64,000 nucleotides of DNA from Christensenellaceae bacterium (GCA_045594285.1 JAZNYF010000006.1:177588-241587); one strand, 5' to 3'; shown: positions 10,165-21,181, numbered from the stretch's first letter. Numbers and translations: made by a program. The notes: generated by a model from the sequence alone, not told the origin.

Positions 10165-10774
10165 AGTCTACGAAAAGGTTAAACTTTCTCTCGTGAGAAA
10201 GAGTTGTAAATTCATCGTGCCCGGGGTATACGGTATATTCGCCGTCAAGCGCAAAAAGTTTTTTAACCGAGCGCACTAAAGTATCTTTATCCCCTGTTGG
10301 AAAATCAGTTCTGCCAACGCACTCTAAAAAGAGAGTGTCGCCGGTAAAGAGCATATTTTCAGTAAGATAAGTAAGCGAGCCGTCAGTATGCCCAGGGGTT
10401 TCTAACGCCTTAAAGGTTATACCGCATTCGGCAAATTCCTCGCCGTCAACAAGCGTTTTATCGGCGGTTAAATAATCAAATTTTCTACCGAAGTGGTGTG
10501 CTAAATTTCCGCCGTCTAAAAGTTTATGGGCATCTAGTTTACCGATATAAATTTTAGCGCCGTCGTCTTGAAGTTTTTTAGCGTTACCCGCGTGGTCAAA
10601 GTGCGCGTGAGTAAGAAGCACGGCTTTAATCTTTACACCGAGTTGCTCTTCAACTTGCTTAACCCTTTTATAATTTTCGCCCCCGTCAACGATAACCGCT
10701 TCTTTAGTATCTTCATTAACTAAAAAATAAGTGTTTACGTTGAGCGGACCTGAGCGTAAGTGATAAAGTTTCAT
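10157..10774 (-). CDS. MBL-fold metallo-hydrolase (glyoxalase II-like)
   Basis: THAHFDHAGN motif and downstream GHTDGS; 205 aa. Confidence 0.8.
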   Translation of the reverse strand: MKLYHLRSGPLNVNTYFLVNEDTKEAVIVDGGENYKRVKQVEEQLGVKIKAVLLTHAHFDHAGNAKKLQDDGAKIYIGKLDAHKLLDGGNLAHHFGRKFDYLTADKTLVDGEEFAECGITFKALETPGHTDGSLTYLTENMLFTGDTLFLECVGRTDFPTGDKDTLVRSVKKLFALDGEYTVYPGHDEFTTLSHERKFNLFVDYD

Positions 10775-12906
10775 CAGTTAGTCGTCCTATATACGTCAGC
10801 AATCTTAGGTTCTTGACTGAGTTTTGTGATAAGGTTGTTAAGTTCATCTTTACTGTTGAGCCTAATATGGAATTCAACAACCGCTTGCTTAGTTTTAATA
10901 TCAATTCTACCGTTAGTAGACACGATATCGAGTTTAAGTTGTGCAACGACGGCTGCAACAGTTGTTAAAACTTCAGTTTGCGTTGCGCCAACTACTCTAA
11001 TACCAGCGTTATAAACGCTATCGTTGGTGTCTGCCCAAGATACTTCAATAAGTCTATCTTCTTCAGTGTGCTTTAAGTTGGGACAATCCTTTCTATGAAC
11101 GGTTACGCCGTAACCGCGTGAAACAAACCCAACGATTTCATCGCCAGGAACGGGGTTACAACAGCCAGCAAAGCGGACTAAAAGCCCAGCCATACCCTTA
11201 ACTTTTACGCCGCCTTCACCCTTTTTACCCGTCTTAAAGAACTTAGTAACTTCTTGCTGGGGCAAACTTCTTCTATGATAATCGATAAGTTTAACAATTA
11301 CTTGATTAACTGATACTGCACCGTAACCGATAGATGCAAACATTTCGTCTTGACCGTTAAAGGACATCTTTGTTGCCAAGTGCAAGAAAGCGTCGTCGTT
11401 TAATAGTTCTGATAAAGAAAATCCCCTACGCTTTGCTTCAGCATCGAGCATAAGTTTACCAGTCTTAACGTTTTCTTCTTTCATTTCACGCTTAAAGAAC
11501 TGTCTAATCTTTACGCGTGCAGAAGAACTCTTAACGATTTTAAGCCAGTCCCAAGACGGACCTTTTGAGTTTTGTGAAGTTACGATATCAACGACGTCGC
11601 CAACGTTCAAAACGGTATTTAATGGTACCATTTTGCCGTTAACTTTTGCACCCACACACTTATTACCTACTGCTGAGTGAATGCTGTAAGCAAAGTCTAA
11701 CGGGGTTGCTTCTTTGGGGAGTGAAATAACGTCCCCCTTAGGCGTAAACACCAAAACTTCCGAACTATATATATCACCCTTTAATGAGTTCAAGAACTCT
11801 TTACTGTCCTTTAACCCGCCTTGCCATTCCATAACTTCTCTAATCCAAGTAAGTCTTGTGTCAAGGTCGTCAGCAATATTCTTCTTTTCTTTATATTTCC
11901 AGTGCGCCGCGATACCGTATTCAGCCGCGTGGTTCATTTCGTAAGTACGGATTTGAATTTCAAACACTCTACCAAAGTTGGTTACAACCGTGGTGTGAAG
12001 TGAACGGTACATGTTTGGCTTAGGCGTTGCAATATAGTCCTTAATTCTACCTGGAACGGGCTTCCACTTGTTGTGGATTTTACCGAAAATTTCATAACAC
12101 TCATCTACCGAATTAACGATAATACGAATTGCAACAAGGTCGTAAATTTGATCGAGCGTTTTGTTGCGCTCTTTCATCTTTCTATAAATGCTATATAAGT
12201 GCTTTCTTCTACCGAAAACTTCGCCGTTGATGTTAGACTCGTCAAGAACTTCTTTAACTTCGCTAACCACTTGTTCAACGCCGCTGCCAGTAGCCTTTAA
12301 TCTTTGTTCAATATTAGTAGTTAAATACTCGTAAAAATCGGGCTCTAAGTACTTTAAGCACAAGTCTTCAAGTTCACACTTAATCTGTGAAATACCAAGC
12401 CTATGTGCAAGGGGCGCAAAAATTTCTAGGGTCTCTCTTGCCATGCGTTGTTGACGCTCTTTTGAAAGGAAGTTAAGCGAGCGCATATTGTGAAGTCTAT
12501 CGGCAAGTTTAATAATGATAACCCTTATATCTTTAGCCATCGCAACGAAGATTTTGCGGAAGTTTTCCGCTTGCTCTTCTTCGCGCGAAGTAAACTGAAT
12601 TTTTTCAAGTTTGGTTACACCAACTACTAGTTCTAAAACTTCATCACCAAACTCTTTTCTAATATCACCTTCAGAAACGGGCGTATCTTCAATTACGTCA
12701 TGCAAAAAGGCTGCCGCAACGGTTGCTGCGTCAAGCCCTAAATCTATCAAAATGCCCGCAACGGTACACGGGTGGATGAAATATTCTTCCCCCGATGCGC
12801 GCTTTTGGTTGACGTGCGCTTTGCGTGCGTAATCATACGCGTGCTTAAGTAGCGCGTAGTCTTTACCGTTATAGGTCTTTTCAAGTCTTGTTAAAATATC
12901 AATCAT
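10774..12906 (-). CDS. relA: Bifunctional (p)ppGpp synthetase/hydrolase (RelA/SpoT homolog)
   Basis: 710 aa with an HD hydrolase domain (FLHDVIEDT), a RelA_SpoT synthetase block (YRSLHTTV), and TGS and ACT regions. Confidence 0.9.
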   Translation of the reverse strand: MIDILTRLEKTYNGKDYALLKHAYDYARKAHVNQKRASGEEYFIHPCTVAGILIDLGLDAATVAAAFLHDVIEDTPVSEGDIRKEFGDEVLELVVGVTKLEKIQFTSREEEQAENFRKIFVAMAKDIRVIIIKLADRLHNMRSLNFLSKERQQRMARETLEIFAPLAHRLGISQIKCELEDLCLKYLEPDFYEYLTTNIEQRLKATGSGVEQVVSEVKEVLDESNINGEVFGRRKHLYSIYRKMKERNKTLDQIYDLVAIRIIVNSVDECYEIFGKIHNKWKPVPGRIKDYIATPKPNMYRSLHTTVVTNFGRVFEIQIRTYEMNHAAEYGIAAHWKYKEKKNIADDLDTRLTWIREVMEWQGGLKDSKEFLNSLKGDIYSSEVLVFTPKGDVISLPKEATPLDFAYSIHSAVGNKCVGAKVNGKMVPLNTVLNVGDVVDIVTSQNSKGPSWDWLKIVKSSSARVKIRQFFKREMKEENVKTGKLMLDAEAKRRGFSLSELLNDDAFLHLATKMSFNGQDEMFASIGYGAVSVNQVIVKLIDYHRRSLPQQEVTKFFKTGKKGEGGVKVKGMAGLLVRFAGCCNPVPGDEIVGFVSRGYGVTVHRKDCPNLKHTEEDRLIEVSWADTNDSVYNAGIRVVGATQTEVLTTVAAVVAQLKLDIVSTNGRIDIKTKQAVVEFHIRLNSKDELNNLITKLSQEPKIADVYRTTN

Positions 12907-14926
12907 AATCTACCTTTAACGAATAAATTTTACTATACAGTTTAGAATTTGTCAACGCGTTTTTTTCATTTTCATTGAAAACGAACTTATTATTTACGAT
13001 TGAAAAAATTCCAAGTTCCACAAAAACTTTGATAACGAATATTGATTGATAAACGTTTTCATTGCCAAGATATTTTTTAGCAAATTGAACGGCGTTCTTA
13101 AAATATTTACCAGAAAGTTTTTTTAGAGCCGAAAAAACACGCTTAAAATCTTCTCTATCAACGCTTAATTCGTCAAGGTGGTGAATACTCCCCCTTGCCT
13201 TGCCGCTTGCGATAATTTCTAAATCATTATATAAGTAATACGGTTGATTTTGCTCGCTTTCTTCATACTCGGTGTAAACACCTTTTACGTAACCTTTAAG
13301 CGATTCTTTATTTTTATAAGTGGATAAATTTACTTCAAAAACAACCTTTTTTTCTATCGGAAAAGAAAGCAGTGCAACGTTTCTTTCGCCGTTAAAATCA
13401 AGCATTTCAAACACGCTCGTTTTAAACGCATAGTGCGGTGAGCCAACCTTTAACGGATTAGAATCCACTCCAAAAACGCTAGTTATAAAAAGCGGTTTTC
13501 TATTAGAAACCCCGCAAGGCTCTAACAAGTCTAATTCTTTCGCAAATCGTAAACTAATAGGCTCTAAAATTTCCCACTCGGCGTAAATCTTTTGCTCGGT
13601 ATCCATCGTATTTTTCAATTGACCAGCGTAAAGATTAAGTTCACTCTTTAATTTTTCAAAGTTCTCTATAGAAACCGAAACGCCCGCCGCTTGAGAGTGC
13701 CCACCGTAAGTCAATAAAAGGTCTTTTACGGAGCAAATTGCATCGTAAACGTTAAACCCTTCCACACTTCTTGCAGAGCCCTTAAAATAGCCTTCACAAC
13801 CCGCAAACACTATCACTGGACGAGCAAATTCTTCCACAAGTTTTGCGGCTACAATGCCGATAAAACCCGTTTTCCAGCCTTCGTCCGCCACAAGTATAAT
13901 GCTGTCGTTATCAGCCTTTTGGTCGATTATTTTTTGCCTTGCTTCGCGGTAAATTTTATCACATTCCGCTTGGCGCATCGTATTGTAATTTTCAAGTTTA
14001 ACCGCAAGGTCAAAACTCTCAACAGCATCTTCGCAAGTAAAGAGTTTAAGAGCGGTTGCAGCATCACCCATTCTTCCGCCCGCGTTAATTCTGGGTGCAA
14101 TGGTGTACGCTAAAGTTTGCGCGGTGATTTGCTTATTCGCATCACCTATTATATTCTTAAACGGAAGTTTAAGACGGTTCTTATCGTTGAAAAGTTTTAA
14201 GCCTTCAACAACGATATCTCTATTTTCTTCAACCAAGTCCATACTGTCGGCAACGGTTGCGAGCGCAACGAAGTCAAGATATTCGTTAGCCTTTTCGCCA
14301 ACGAGCGCATAGCCTAGTTTATACGCGACGCCCGCACCGCAAAGTTCCTTAAAGGGATATCTTTGACCGGGGATTTTGGGGTTAATCTTAATGCACTCAG
14401 GTAAAACTTCAGGCGGCTCGTGATGGTCGGTAACGATTACATCAATACCGAGTTTTTCAAGTTCTTTTATCTTTTCCCCGTCGCTTATACCACAGTCAAC
14501 ACTAATAAGTAGGTCGATTTTTTGCTCTTTATTGAATTCGCTTATTGTGTTTAAGTTTAAGCCGTAATTATCTTCACGCTCGGGAACAAACTTTCTTGCC
14601 GTGATACCGAAATCTTTAAGAGTGTAATATAAAACGGTGGTGGCGCAAACGCCGTCCGCATCATAATCGCCAAAAATTAAAACTGATTCGCCTAAATCTT
14701 TAGCCTTTTTTATGCGGTTTACAGCATCAGCCATACCGTCGAGCAAAAACGGGTCGTTAAACGCGTATTTACCTGGGTTTAAGAAGGCTTTTGCCTTTTG
14801 AACGGTATCGATATTGCGGCAAAACAAAAGACGTGCGGTATCAAACAAGATACCACATTCGCTTGCGATGTTATTAACGACGCGCGTTTCTTCCGCGGTC
14901 AAAGTTTTGCCGTAAACAATTTTCAT
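12899..14926 (-). CDS. recJ: Single-stranded-DNA-specific exonuclease RecJ
   Basis: DHH family motifs (IFGDYDADGV, VTDHH, GGHSQAAG); 675 aa. Overlaps the relA start by 8 nt. Confidence 0.85.
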   Translation of the reverse strand: MKIVYGKTLTAEETRVVNNIASECGILFDTARLLFCRNIDTVQKAKAFLNPGKYAFNDPFLLDGMADAVNRIKKAKDLGESVLIFGDYDADGVCATTVLYYTLKDFGITARKFVPEREDNYGLNLNTISEFNKEQKIDLLISVDCGISDGEKIKELEKLGIDVIVTDHHEPPEVLPECIKINPKIPGQRYPFKELCGAGVAYKLGYALVGEKANEYLDFVALATVADSMDLVEENRDIVVEGLKLFNDKNRLKLPFKNIIGDANKQITAQTLAYTIAPRINAGGRMGDAATALKLFTCEDAVESFDLAVKLENYNTMRQAECDKIYREARQKIIDQKADNDSIILVADEGWKTGFIGIVAAKLVEEFARPVIVFAGCEGYFKGSARSVEGFNVYDAICSVKDLLLTYGGHSQAAGVSVSIENFEKLKSELNLYAGQLKNTMDTEQKIYAEWEILEPISLRFAKELDLLEPCGVSNRKPLFITSVFGVDSNPLKVGSPHYAFKTSVFEMLDFNGERNVALLSFPIEKKVVFEVNLSTYKNKESLKGYVKGVYTEYEESEQNQPYYLYNDLEIIASGKARGSIHHLDELSVDREDFKRVFSALKKLSGKYFKNAVQFAKKYLGNENVYQSIFVIKVFVELGIFSIVNNKFVFNENEKNALTNSKLYSKIYSLKVDYD

Positions 14927-15013
14927 TTTTTATACCGTGTTAAACAGAATAAGGCGGAAAATTTTTCCGCCTTAACCTTTTCTATTATAGGCGCTAACGC
15001 CCTTTATTTGATT

Positions 15014-15925
15014 TTATGCTTTCTTGCTCTTTTTGCAACCTTTAATGAGCGCCCAAACGAGCGGTGCACCAAAGTAAGAAACTGCTAATGCGCTTAAGCC
15101 AGCAAGTACGATTTGGGCACCAACAATTGCCATATAAGCATTGAAGAATACGCAAACGCAAAGCGCAGCAAGCACAACTGCAATTGCAAAGATAATATAG
15201 TTTTTGAGTTCTTTCTTCATAACCTTTTCTGCAATGGCGAAAACGTCGGGTTTTGCAGCGGCGGTCTTTTTGAACTCTGCTTTGCACTTAGATGCGGTAT
15301 AGATTGCAAGAACTGCTCCTATTGCTGCAGCAAGGCAAATGGTTGAACCGATTGCGGGATATGCGGGAATTCTGGTGATAGCCATTAAAGCCGTATATAC
15401 GAGTGCTGAAATGATTGAAACGCCTAAAGTTGCCACTGCGCCTGAAAGTTTTTCCATAATGAGCGCATAGATAAATGCAACTAAAACGCCAACGCCTAAA
15501 CCGAGCAACATCCAACCCGCTTCAAAATTAGCATAACCTTTAACTTCGCTATATTCCGCAGTTGCGGTAATTTCTTTAATTTCAGGTTGAGCGTCAAGTT
15601 TTGCTTGAACGAACTTTTCAAGGTCGTCTTCGTTAATCTTTACGTCGTTTTCAAACTTATAGATAACTACTTTACCTTCGTTAATCTTTTGGGTTGCGTA
15701 TTCAGCCGCTTTAATACCCTTAGATGCTAAGTATTCTTCAGTTGCGCTTTCAATAACTTCAAAAGCGTTACCCGCTTTATGTTCTACGCTTACGCGTACT
15801 TCATAACCGTTCTTATAGTCAACTGCTTGGTTGAAGTTCAAAAATCCCAAAAGGCTCATTCCAACAACTAAAACAGCAAGAGTTATAGCGATAAACAACT
15901 TAAATTTCTTTGATAAAACTTTCAT
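15014..15925 (-). CDS. secF: Protein-export membrane protein SecF
   Basis: 303 aa, polytopic, immediately downstream of secD. N-terminal TM helix, then a periplasmic domain, then a C-terminal TM bundle. Confidence 0.8.
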   Translation of the reverse strand: MKVLSKKFKLFIAITLAVLVVGMSLLGFLNFNQAVDYKNGYEVRVSVEHKAGNAFEVIESATEEYLASKGIKAAEYATQKINEGKVVIYKFENDVKINEDDLEKFVQAKLDAQPEIKEITATAEYSEVKGYANFEAGWMLLGLGVGVLVAFIYALIMEKLSGAVATLGVSIISALVYTALMAITRIPAYPAIGSTICLAAAIGAVLAIYTASKCKAEFKKTAAAKPDVFAIAEKVMKKELKNYIIFAIAVVLAALCVCVFFNAYMAIVGAQIVLAGLSALAVSYFGAPLVWALIKGCKKSKKA

Positions 15926-15927
15926 GA

Positions 15928-17280
15928 TTACGCCTCCTCTTGAACGCTTTCAGTTTCTTCAACCGCGTCTTTTTTACCAAGATAATTTTCTTTCTTGTTA
16001 TAGAGCGGTAAGAGAAGTGCGTCGAACATTCTAGTGAATACGGTAGTTGCAACGAGTGCTACTACTGCGCCGATACCAAAGGTAATTGCAAAGCCTTGAA
16101 CCATACCCTTTGCCAAAGAGAACAACGCGAGTGCGATTAAACCTGCAACAACGTTGATACCGATAGTGGGTACGAGTGATTCTTTAAAGCCTTTCTTGAT
16201 TGATGCTTTAACAGTCTTTTTGCCAGTATTGTATGCATCCTTAACGCTTTTTCCAAGGATTTGCATACCGATAAAGCAAAGTACGGTTGAAGCCATAATA
16301 CCTAAAACGCCGCCCATATTGAGAACGATGTTAGGTACACCGATTAAAAGCCAACCTTCTGCAATAATAAAGAGTAAGGTTGAAAGCGCGGTACTAATAC
16401 CAAAACCTTTATTGATGATAACGAGAACTACCATAAGCACAACTGCAAGCGCGATAATTGCGATTGCGGCTTTAGTGCCAGCGTCTTCACCGTAAGGAGA
16501 AGTGATTGCTTCGCCAGAGTCAACGTCATATCTAAAAGGAAGACCGTAACCTTGCATATGAAGAACTAATTGTCTTGCAGAACTTTCTTCAGATGCATAG
16601 AGCGACATAACGTTTTTAACGAAAGATTCGCTGGTCAATTGAACTGCGAGAAGTTCAGTTGCGTCGTGGCTGTGTCCATCGTGGTCGTGTCCGTCGTCAA
16701 GAGAAATCTTGAAGTAGTAAGCCGCTTCAGATGCAGCCAACTTCAAGAGTTCTTCACGCGCTTCATCGGTAAATTCAATATCGATTTGATGTGCACCCGC
16801 AGAAACTTCACCCTTATAAGTAGCGTTCTTAATAACGCTCATATCGGTAAGAATTTCCGTGTTGATTTCCGTTTCACTTACGCCACCGTAGAACTTAAGA
16901 TCGCCGTAAGCAACGATAGTTTGAATATCTGCTGCTAAAGTATCTTTTGCTCTAGTTTCAATTCTAATAGCGTAATCCTTAACGCCTTCTTTGGTGCTCT
17001 TATACGCTTTAACGGTATAAGAACTGTAGCCGAGTTCACCAAGTCTATATTCCAAAACGTCAATAACTTGATCAATATCTTCTACTTCATTTTCATTTTC
17101 TTCAGAAAGGGTGAGCGTGTACGCTACACCGCCCCCTAAGTCGTAATCCAACTCTACTGCGCCCAAAAGTGAATTATAGTTTTTAATCCCAACGGGAAAA
17201 CGTATAAAAGACATAACCAAGATTGCTGCAATGATTACGCTGATGATGGACAATAGAGTTGCTGATTTGCCTTTACTCAT
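15928..17280 (-). CDS. secD: Protein-export membrane protein SecD
   Basis: Polytopic with a large extracytoplasmic loop. Start trimmed to the ATG at 17278-17280 (MSKGKSATLL), preceded by GGAGG 5 nt upstream. The track start at 17322 is a TTG without an RBS. Confidence 0.8.
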   Translation of the reverse strand: MSKGKSATLLSIISVIIAAILVMSFIRFPVGIKNYNSLLGAVELDYDLGGGVAYTLTLSEENENEVEDIDQVIDVLEYRLGELGYSSYTVKAYKSTKEGVKDYAIRIETRAKDTLAADIQTIVAYGDLKFYGGVSETEINTEILTDMSVIKNATYKGEVSAGAHQIDIEFTDEAREELLKLAASEAAYYFKISLDDGHDHDGHSHDATELLAVQLTSESFVKNVMSLYASEESSARQLVLHMQGYGLPFRYDVDSGEAITSPYGEDAGTKAAIAIIALAVVLMVVLVIINKGFGISTALSTLLFIIAEGWLLIGVPNIVLNMGGVLGIMASTVLCFIGMQILGKSVKDAYNTGKKTVKASIKKGFKESLVPTIGINVVAGLIALALFSLAKGMVQGFAITFGIGAVVALVATTVFTRMFDALLLPLYNKKENYLGKKDAVEETESVQEEA

Positions 17281-17456
17281 CTCTGCCTCCGATAAGGGTT
17301 TTATCCCTAATAGTTTTAACAAGCTTATCTAAATAATTATACAATATTATACCCTATTCGGTCAATAATTTTTTTCTGCAAATTTAACCGATAGGATATT
17401 TTTTGCCGCTTAATTTTAGAAAAGCCGTTATTAAAAATGTTTTCTTAAACTAAAAA

Positions 17457-17651
17457 TTAGAATTTGTTGAGTTCTTCAAGCATCTTATCAAGGTCAGCGC
17501 CGTGAACTTCTGCTGCTTCGCCAACGGTTTCACCGTGTGCAAGAGCGCAACCTAAACAATGCATACCGAAAGACATCAAGATTTCGCCAGCCTTAGGGTT
17601 TAATTGAATTGCTTCAAAAATAGTGGTGTTTGCTGTGATTTTTTGTTCCAT
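17457..17651 (-). CDS. DUF1858 / hybrid-cluster-protein-associated redox disulfide domain protein
   Basis: 64 aa with the GMHCLGC motif and the overall pattern of this small-domain family. Confidence 0.65.
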   Translation of the reverse strand: MEQKITANTTIFEAIQLNPKAGEILMSFGMHCLGCALAHGETVGEAAEVHGADLDKMLEELNKF

Positions 17652-17814
17652 GTTTATTTCTCCTTTTACATTAGGTGTTTTTAACTTATTTAACGTTTTT
17701 TAAAACAAAACGGCAAACAGTTTTAAGTCTGCCGTTATATTATAATATTATTTTAAATATAAGTCAAATATATTCAATATCTTTGCGCTCGTTTTTACTG
17801 AATATTACGCGTTT

Positions 17815-18633
17815 TTAAGCCCTTTTTTTGACATCTTTTTCTATACGCTCTTTCCTTTTATACGCAATAAAAGACGGAAGATAAAACGCCGCGGGTACGA
17901 TTATGTATAAAACGTATATAATAACGGTTGTCCACCCGTCGGATATTCCCCCAAAAATTGCGGGTAAAAAGGCGCTGTTTCCCCTAAAAAACATATAATC
18001 CGCATCAACCGCATAACTTACGATATTTGCAGGAATTGAGAAAATAAGTGCTGGTATTGATGCCAAAAAAGGCTGCCACCATTTTGTTACGCCGCGGAAC
18101 GTGTGATAACCTGTTGATAGCATTGTTACAGCCGTAAATAATAGTATACCGTGGTATAAAAAGGTGTGCATACCTATAAACGAAATGCAAGAATAAAACG
18201 GCAAAACAGTCATAGGATAAACAAAGTTTATCGCCCCGCCCATAAGCGCAATAGTGCAAACGTAACCGCACGCCGCCCACTTAACCTTCCCTTTACCCCA
18301 AATAGCAAAAGGCATTGCGTACATATAAAGGCTGCACGGATAGAGTGGTAATACCCACTTTAAGTCCACCCCTATCGTTTTACCAGTGGTGCTTTCATAA
18401 GTGATTTTAATTATTTCAACGATAGATACCGCTGCCCATAAAATTATATAGATTTTCTTTAATAAATGCTTTCTTTTAGTAGCAAAAACGCACGCTAAAA
18501 TTACAAGCGATAAGAGCACCACAGCAAACACAAAATGTAGGGGCGTAAACATTGTGCCAGGAATTTGGTTTGCGGGCGCAAGAAAATCTTTATGCGTAAA
18601 AAAATTTTGAATTAAGTAATTAAAATCTTTCAT
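17815..18633 (-). CDS. Integral membrane protein of unknown function
   Basis: 272 aa with about 7 hydrophobic segments; no motif I can assign. Confidence 0.5.
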   Translation of the reverse strand: MKDFNYLIQNFFTHKDFLAPANQIPGTMFTPLHFVFAVVLLSLVILACVFATKRKHLLKKIYIILWAAVSIVEIIKITYESTTGKTIGVDLKWVLPLYPCSLYMYAMPFAIWGKGKVKWAACGYVCTIALMGGAINFVYPMTVLPFYSCISFIGMHTFLYHGILLFTAVTMLSTGYHTFRGVTKWWQPFLASIPALIFSIPANIVSYAVDADYMFFRGNSAFLPAIFGGISDGWTTVIIYVLYIIVPAAFYLPSFIAYKRKERIEKDVKKRA

Positions 18634-18781
18634 TTACTAAACCTTATCTTATGTGCAATAAACTATGTTTATCACCATTAAAAGATTACTTTTTATTATA
18701 TAGAAAGCAAAAAAAGATGTCAAGAAAATATAAAAAAATGTGTAAAAAAGAAAAAGTGTGCCACTTGCACACTTTTTTATT

Positions 18782-18855
18782 TGGAGCGGGTGATGAGAAT
18801 CGAACTCACGACCACAGCTTGGGAAGCTGTTGTTTTGCCATTAAACTACACCCGC
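18782..18855 (-). tRNA. tRNA-Gly (anticodon CCC)
   Basis: Reverse complement is GCGGGTGTAGTTTAATGGCAAAACAACAGCTTCCCAAGCTGTGGTCGTGAGTTCGATTCTCATCACCCGCTCCA. It folds as a cloverleaf with anticodon loop TTCCCAA and an encoded CCA. A hairpin terminator follows at 18752-18780. Confidence 0.9.
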
Positions 18856-18949
18856 GCGTTTTGCGCCTACGCGCAAAACGAATATTATAAAAATATTATA
18901 CTATTTTAATTTTTAAATGTAAACTAAATAAAAAACAAAAAATTTTATT

Positions 18950-19930
18950 TTACAAAATAAGACACAACACAAGGTACAAAAGCGGAATGGTTGCAACTGA
19001 TAAAACAGTTGTTCCAAGCGTGTAAATCGTGCCATTTTCCACGTCCCCCTTAACGCTGTCCCCTATTGCCGTTGAAAGTGCTGCGGTGGGCATTGCAAAG
19101 GCTATGAACATAGTGTTTACCATATCAACGCCAAAACCGATAATTAAGTCAAGGAGCATAGTTATCGCTACGCAAACCACTGGCATAAGAACGAGTTTGA
19201 TAAAAGAAACGTAATACATCTTCCAAGAAGAAAATAGTTTTGAGAACTTAATTCCGCCCATCTTCATACCAAGAATAGTCATTGAAATAGGCGTAACGAT
19301 GCCTTTTAAGTAATCGGAATATTTAAGCGCTTCGGGGAAAACCTTTTTTAAGCCGCAAAGGTTTAAGATGATACCGATAATAAAGGCAATTAGTACGGGG
19401 TTAAAGAGTATTTTCTTCCAGTCAACCTTGCTTTTATCACCAGATAAGAGCGGTGTTCCTATCATATAGATAAGGGTGTTGTTTACGATATTTACCACAA
19501 CGATATAGGTTGCAACTAAACTTTCTCCGCCAAAAACTGCAATAGCAAGCGGAATACCTAAAAAACCGTTGTTAGAAAAAATTGCGCAAAAGCGCTCCAT
19601 TCCTTTGACCTTTTTACTCCAAAGTCTATCGCCGTTATCTTCGCCCTTATATTTAGTTGCCATGGGTGCGGAAATAAAGAAGAACACGAGTGTTAAAACG
19701 GTAGAAATTAAAACCGCCCACAAAAGATTAGTAATGGTTTCGCCGTTAAAGTCTACGCTGAGCGTGCCTGATAAAATCAAAAACGGCATACCGACGTACA
19801 TAAGTAATTTAGACAAAACGCCAGAATCTTCTTGCTTTAAAAGTTTGCATTTAACCAAAATAAACCCAGGTATAGCAAGTGCAAGAAAGATTACAACGTT
19901 TATTAACATAGGTAAAAATGCGTCGCCCAT
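18950..19930 (-). CDS. AEC (auxin efflux carrier) family permease
   Basis: 326 aa, about 10 TM segments, two-halves architecture typical of AEC transporters. Confidence 0.7.
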   Translation of the reverse strand: MGDAFLPMLINVVIFLALAIPGFILVKCKLLKQEDSGVLSKLLMYVGMPFLILSGTLSVDFNGETITNLLWAVLISTVLTLVFFFISAPMATKYKGEDNGDRLWSKKVKGMERFCAIFSNNGFLGIPLAIAVFGGESLVATYIVVVNIVNNTLIYMIGTPLLSGDKSKVDWKKILFNPVLIAFIIGIILNLCGLKKVFPEALKYSDYLKGIVTPISMTILGMKMGGIKFSKLFSSWKMYYVSFIKLVLMPVVCVAITMLLDLIIGFGVDMVNTMFIAFAMPTAALSTAIGDSVKGDVENGTIYTLGTTVLSVATIPLLYLVLCLIL

Positions 19931-19955
19931 AATAAAAACTATCTCCTTTATTTAA

Positions 19956-20567
19956 TTAAAACACACCGTACATAAGCACGCCTAAAAGCGCGGAAATTAT
20001 AATTAGTACAATGGGTGAAATTTTCTTTTTAGTTACTTCTTTATACACGACGTGCGTCAGTGCAATAAGAGCAAAAATTATCAGTGCTTTCCAGTCGAAA
20101 ACGACTGTATCATAAAGCGTTTGCAAGGAAAGAATTACCGATAAAAACATAGTAATTGCCGTGCCGATAATCAGCCCAACTGCAACTGGTCTTATGCCGT
20201 TTAAAAACGCCTTTACGCCTTCAAAACGAACTAAGCCTTTTATGAGTGCAGCGATGAGTAAAATTATGATAAACGACGGTAAAACTACGCCGAGCGTTGC
20301 ACTGCAAGCGCCTAATAACCTAACCCCAAAACCGCCTAGCGTTGCGCCTTGCTCTGCGCCTACAAAAGTTGCCATATTGATTGCAATAGGACCGGGAGTT
20401 GATTCCGCAACGGCGATAAAATTCATAACTTCTTCATAAGTCATCCAGCCGTGCGCAATCACTTCTTCCGTAACGAGCGGAATCATAGCGTACCCGCCAC
20501 CGAAAGATACAGCGCCGATCTTAAAGAAGGTCAAAAATAATTCAAGCATCATCTCAAAGATTTCCAT
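19956..20567 (-). CDS. Chromate transporter, short-chain CHR (second half of the pair)
   Basis: FKIGAVSFGGGYAMIPL and ESTPGPIAIN motifs, repeated in the neighbouring paralog. Confidence 0.8.
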   Translation of the reverse strand: MEIFEMMLELFLTFFKIGAVSFGGGYAMIPLVTEEVIAHGWMTYEEVMNFIAVAESTPGPIAINMATFVGAEQGATLGGFGVRLLGACSATLGVVLPSFIIILLIAALIKGLVRFEGVKAFLNGIRPVAVGLIIGTAITMFLSVILSLQTLYDTVVFDWKALIIFALIALTHVVYKEVTKKKISPIVLIIISALLGVLMYGVF

Positions 20568-21181
20568 TATTTTTTACCCCCTTTTTTAACTACGCGCGTT
20601 TTAGAAGGGTTTTTCTTTTGCTTAAAATATGCGATTAAATATACGATAAGCCCTACTAGCCCACCGATTAAAATCAAGAATATGGAAGAAAAATCTACGG
20701 CAAAAAGTGTTATGCACACAAGCGCAATTACCGTTAAAATAGAAAGTGTTAAACTGAGTGCGTTCTTTTTCAAACTCTTGAACATCTTTAAGCCCGCTGA
20801 GAGTATGATAAACGCAACGCCCGCTTGAATTCCGTGGAAAGCGTATTGCACCCACTTAAATTTTAAGAACGCGTCGAAGAAAAGTGAAATTGTTAAAATG
20901 ATTGCAAGCGACGGCAAAACCATACCGAAAGTTGCAAAGATAGAGCCGAGCACTCCCCCAACCTTATAACCGATATAGGTTGCACTATTTATAGCGATAG
21001 GACCAGGGGTTGATTCTGCAATAGCAATTAAATCTAAAAAATCTTCGTGAGTGGTCCACTTTTTCTTTTCAACGAACTCTCTTTCCATAACGGCAATCAT
21101 AGCGTAACCGCCGCCGAAAGTAAAAAGCCCGATTTTGAAAAAGGTTAAGAATAATAAAAGTAAAGTTTTAAACTTTTTCAT
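20567..21181 (-). CDS. Chromate transporter, short-chain CHR (first half of the pair)
   Basis: FKIGLFTFGGGYAMIAV and ESTPGPIAIN motifs. Start trimmed to the ATG at 21179-21181 (MKKFKT), with GGAGA 5 nt upstream. Confidence 0.8.
   Translation of the reverse strand: MKKFKTLLLLFLTFFKIGLFTFGGGYAMIAVMEREFVEKKKWTTHEDFLDLIAIAESTPGPIAINSATYIGYKVGGVLGSIFATFGMVLPSLAIILTISLFFDAFLKFKWVQYAFHGIQAGVAFIILSAGLKMFKSLKKNALSLTLSILTVIALVCITLFAVDFSSIFLILIGGLVGLIVYLIAYFKQKKNPSKTRVVKKGGKK

Noticed and set aside
19956-21181. Chromate transporter split into two ORFs as a possible pseudogene
   Set aside because: The two ~200-aa ORFs are intact, paralogous and translationally coupled (1-nt overlap). This matches the known short-chain CHR gene-pair arrangement rather than a disrupted long-chain chrA.
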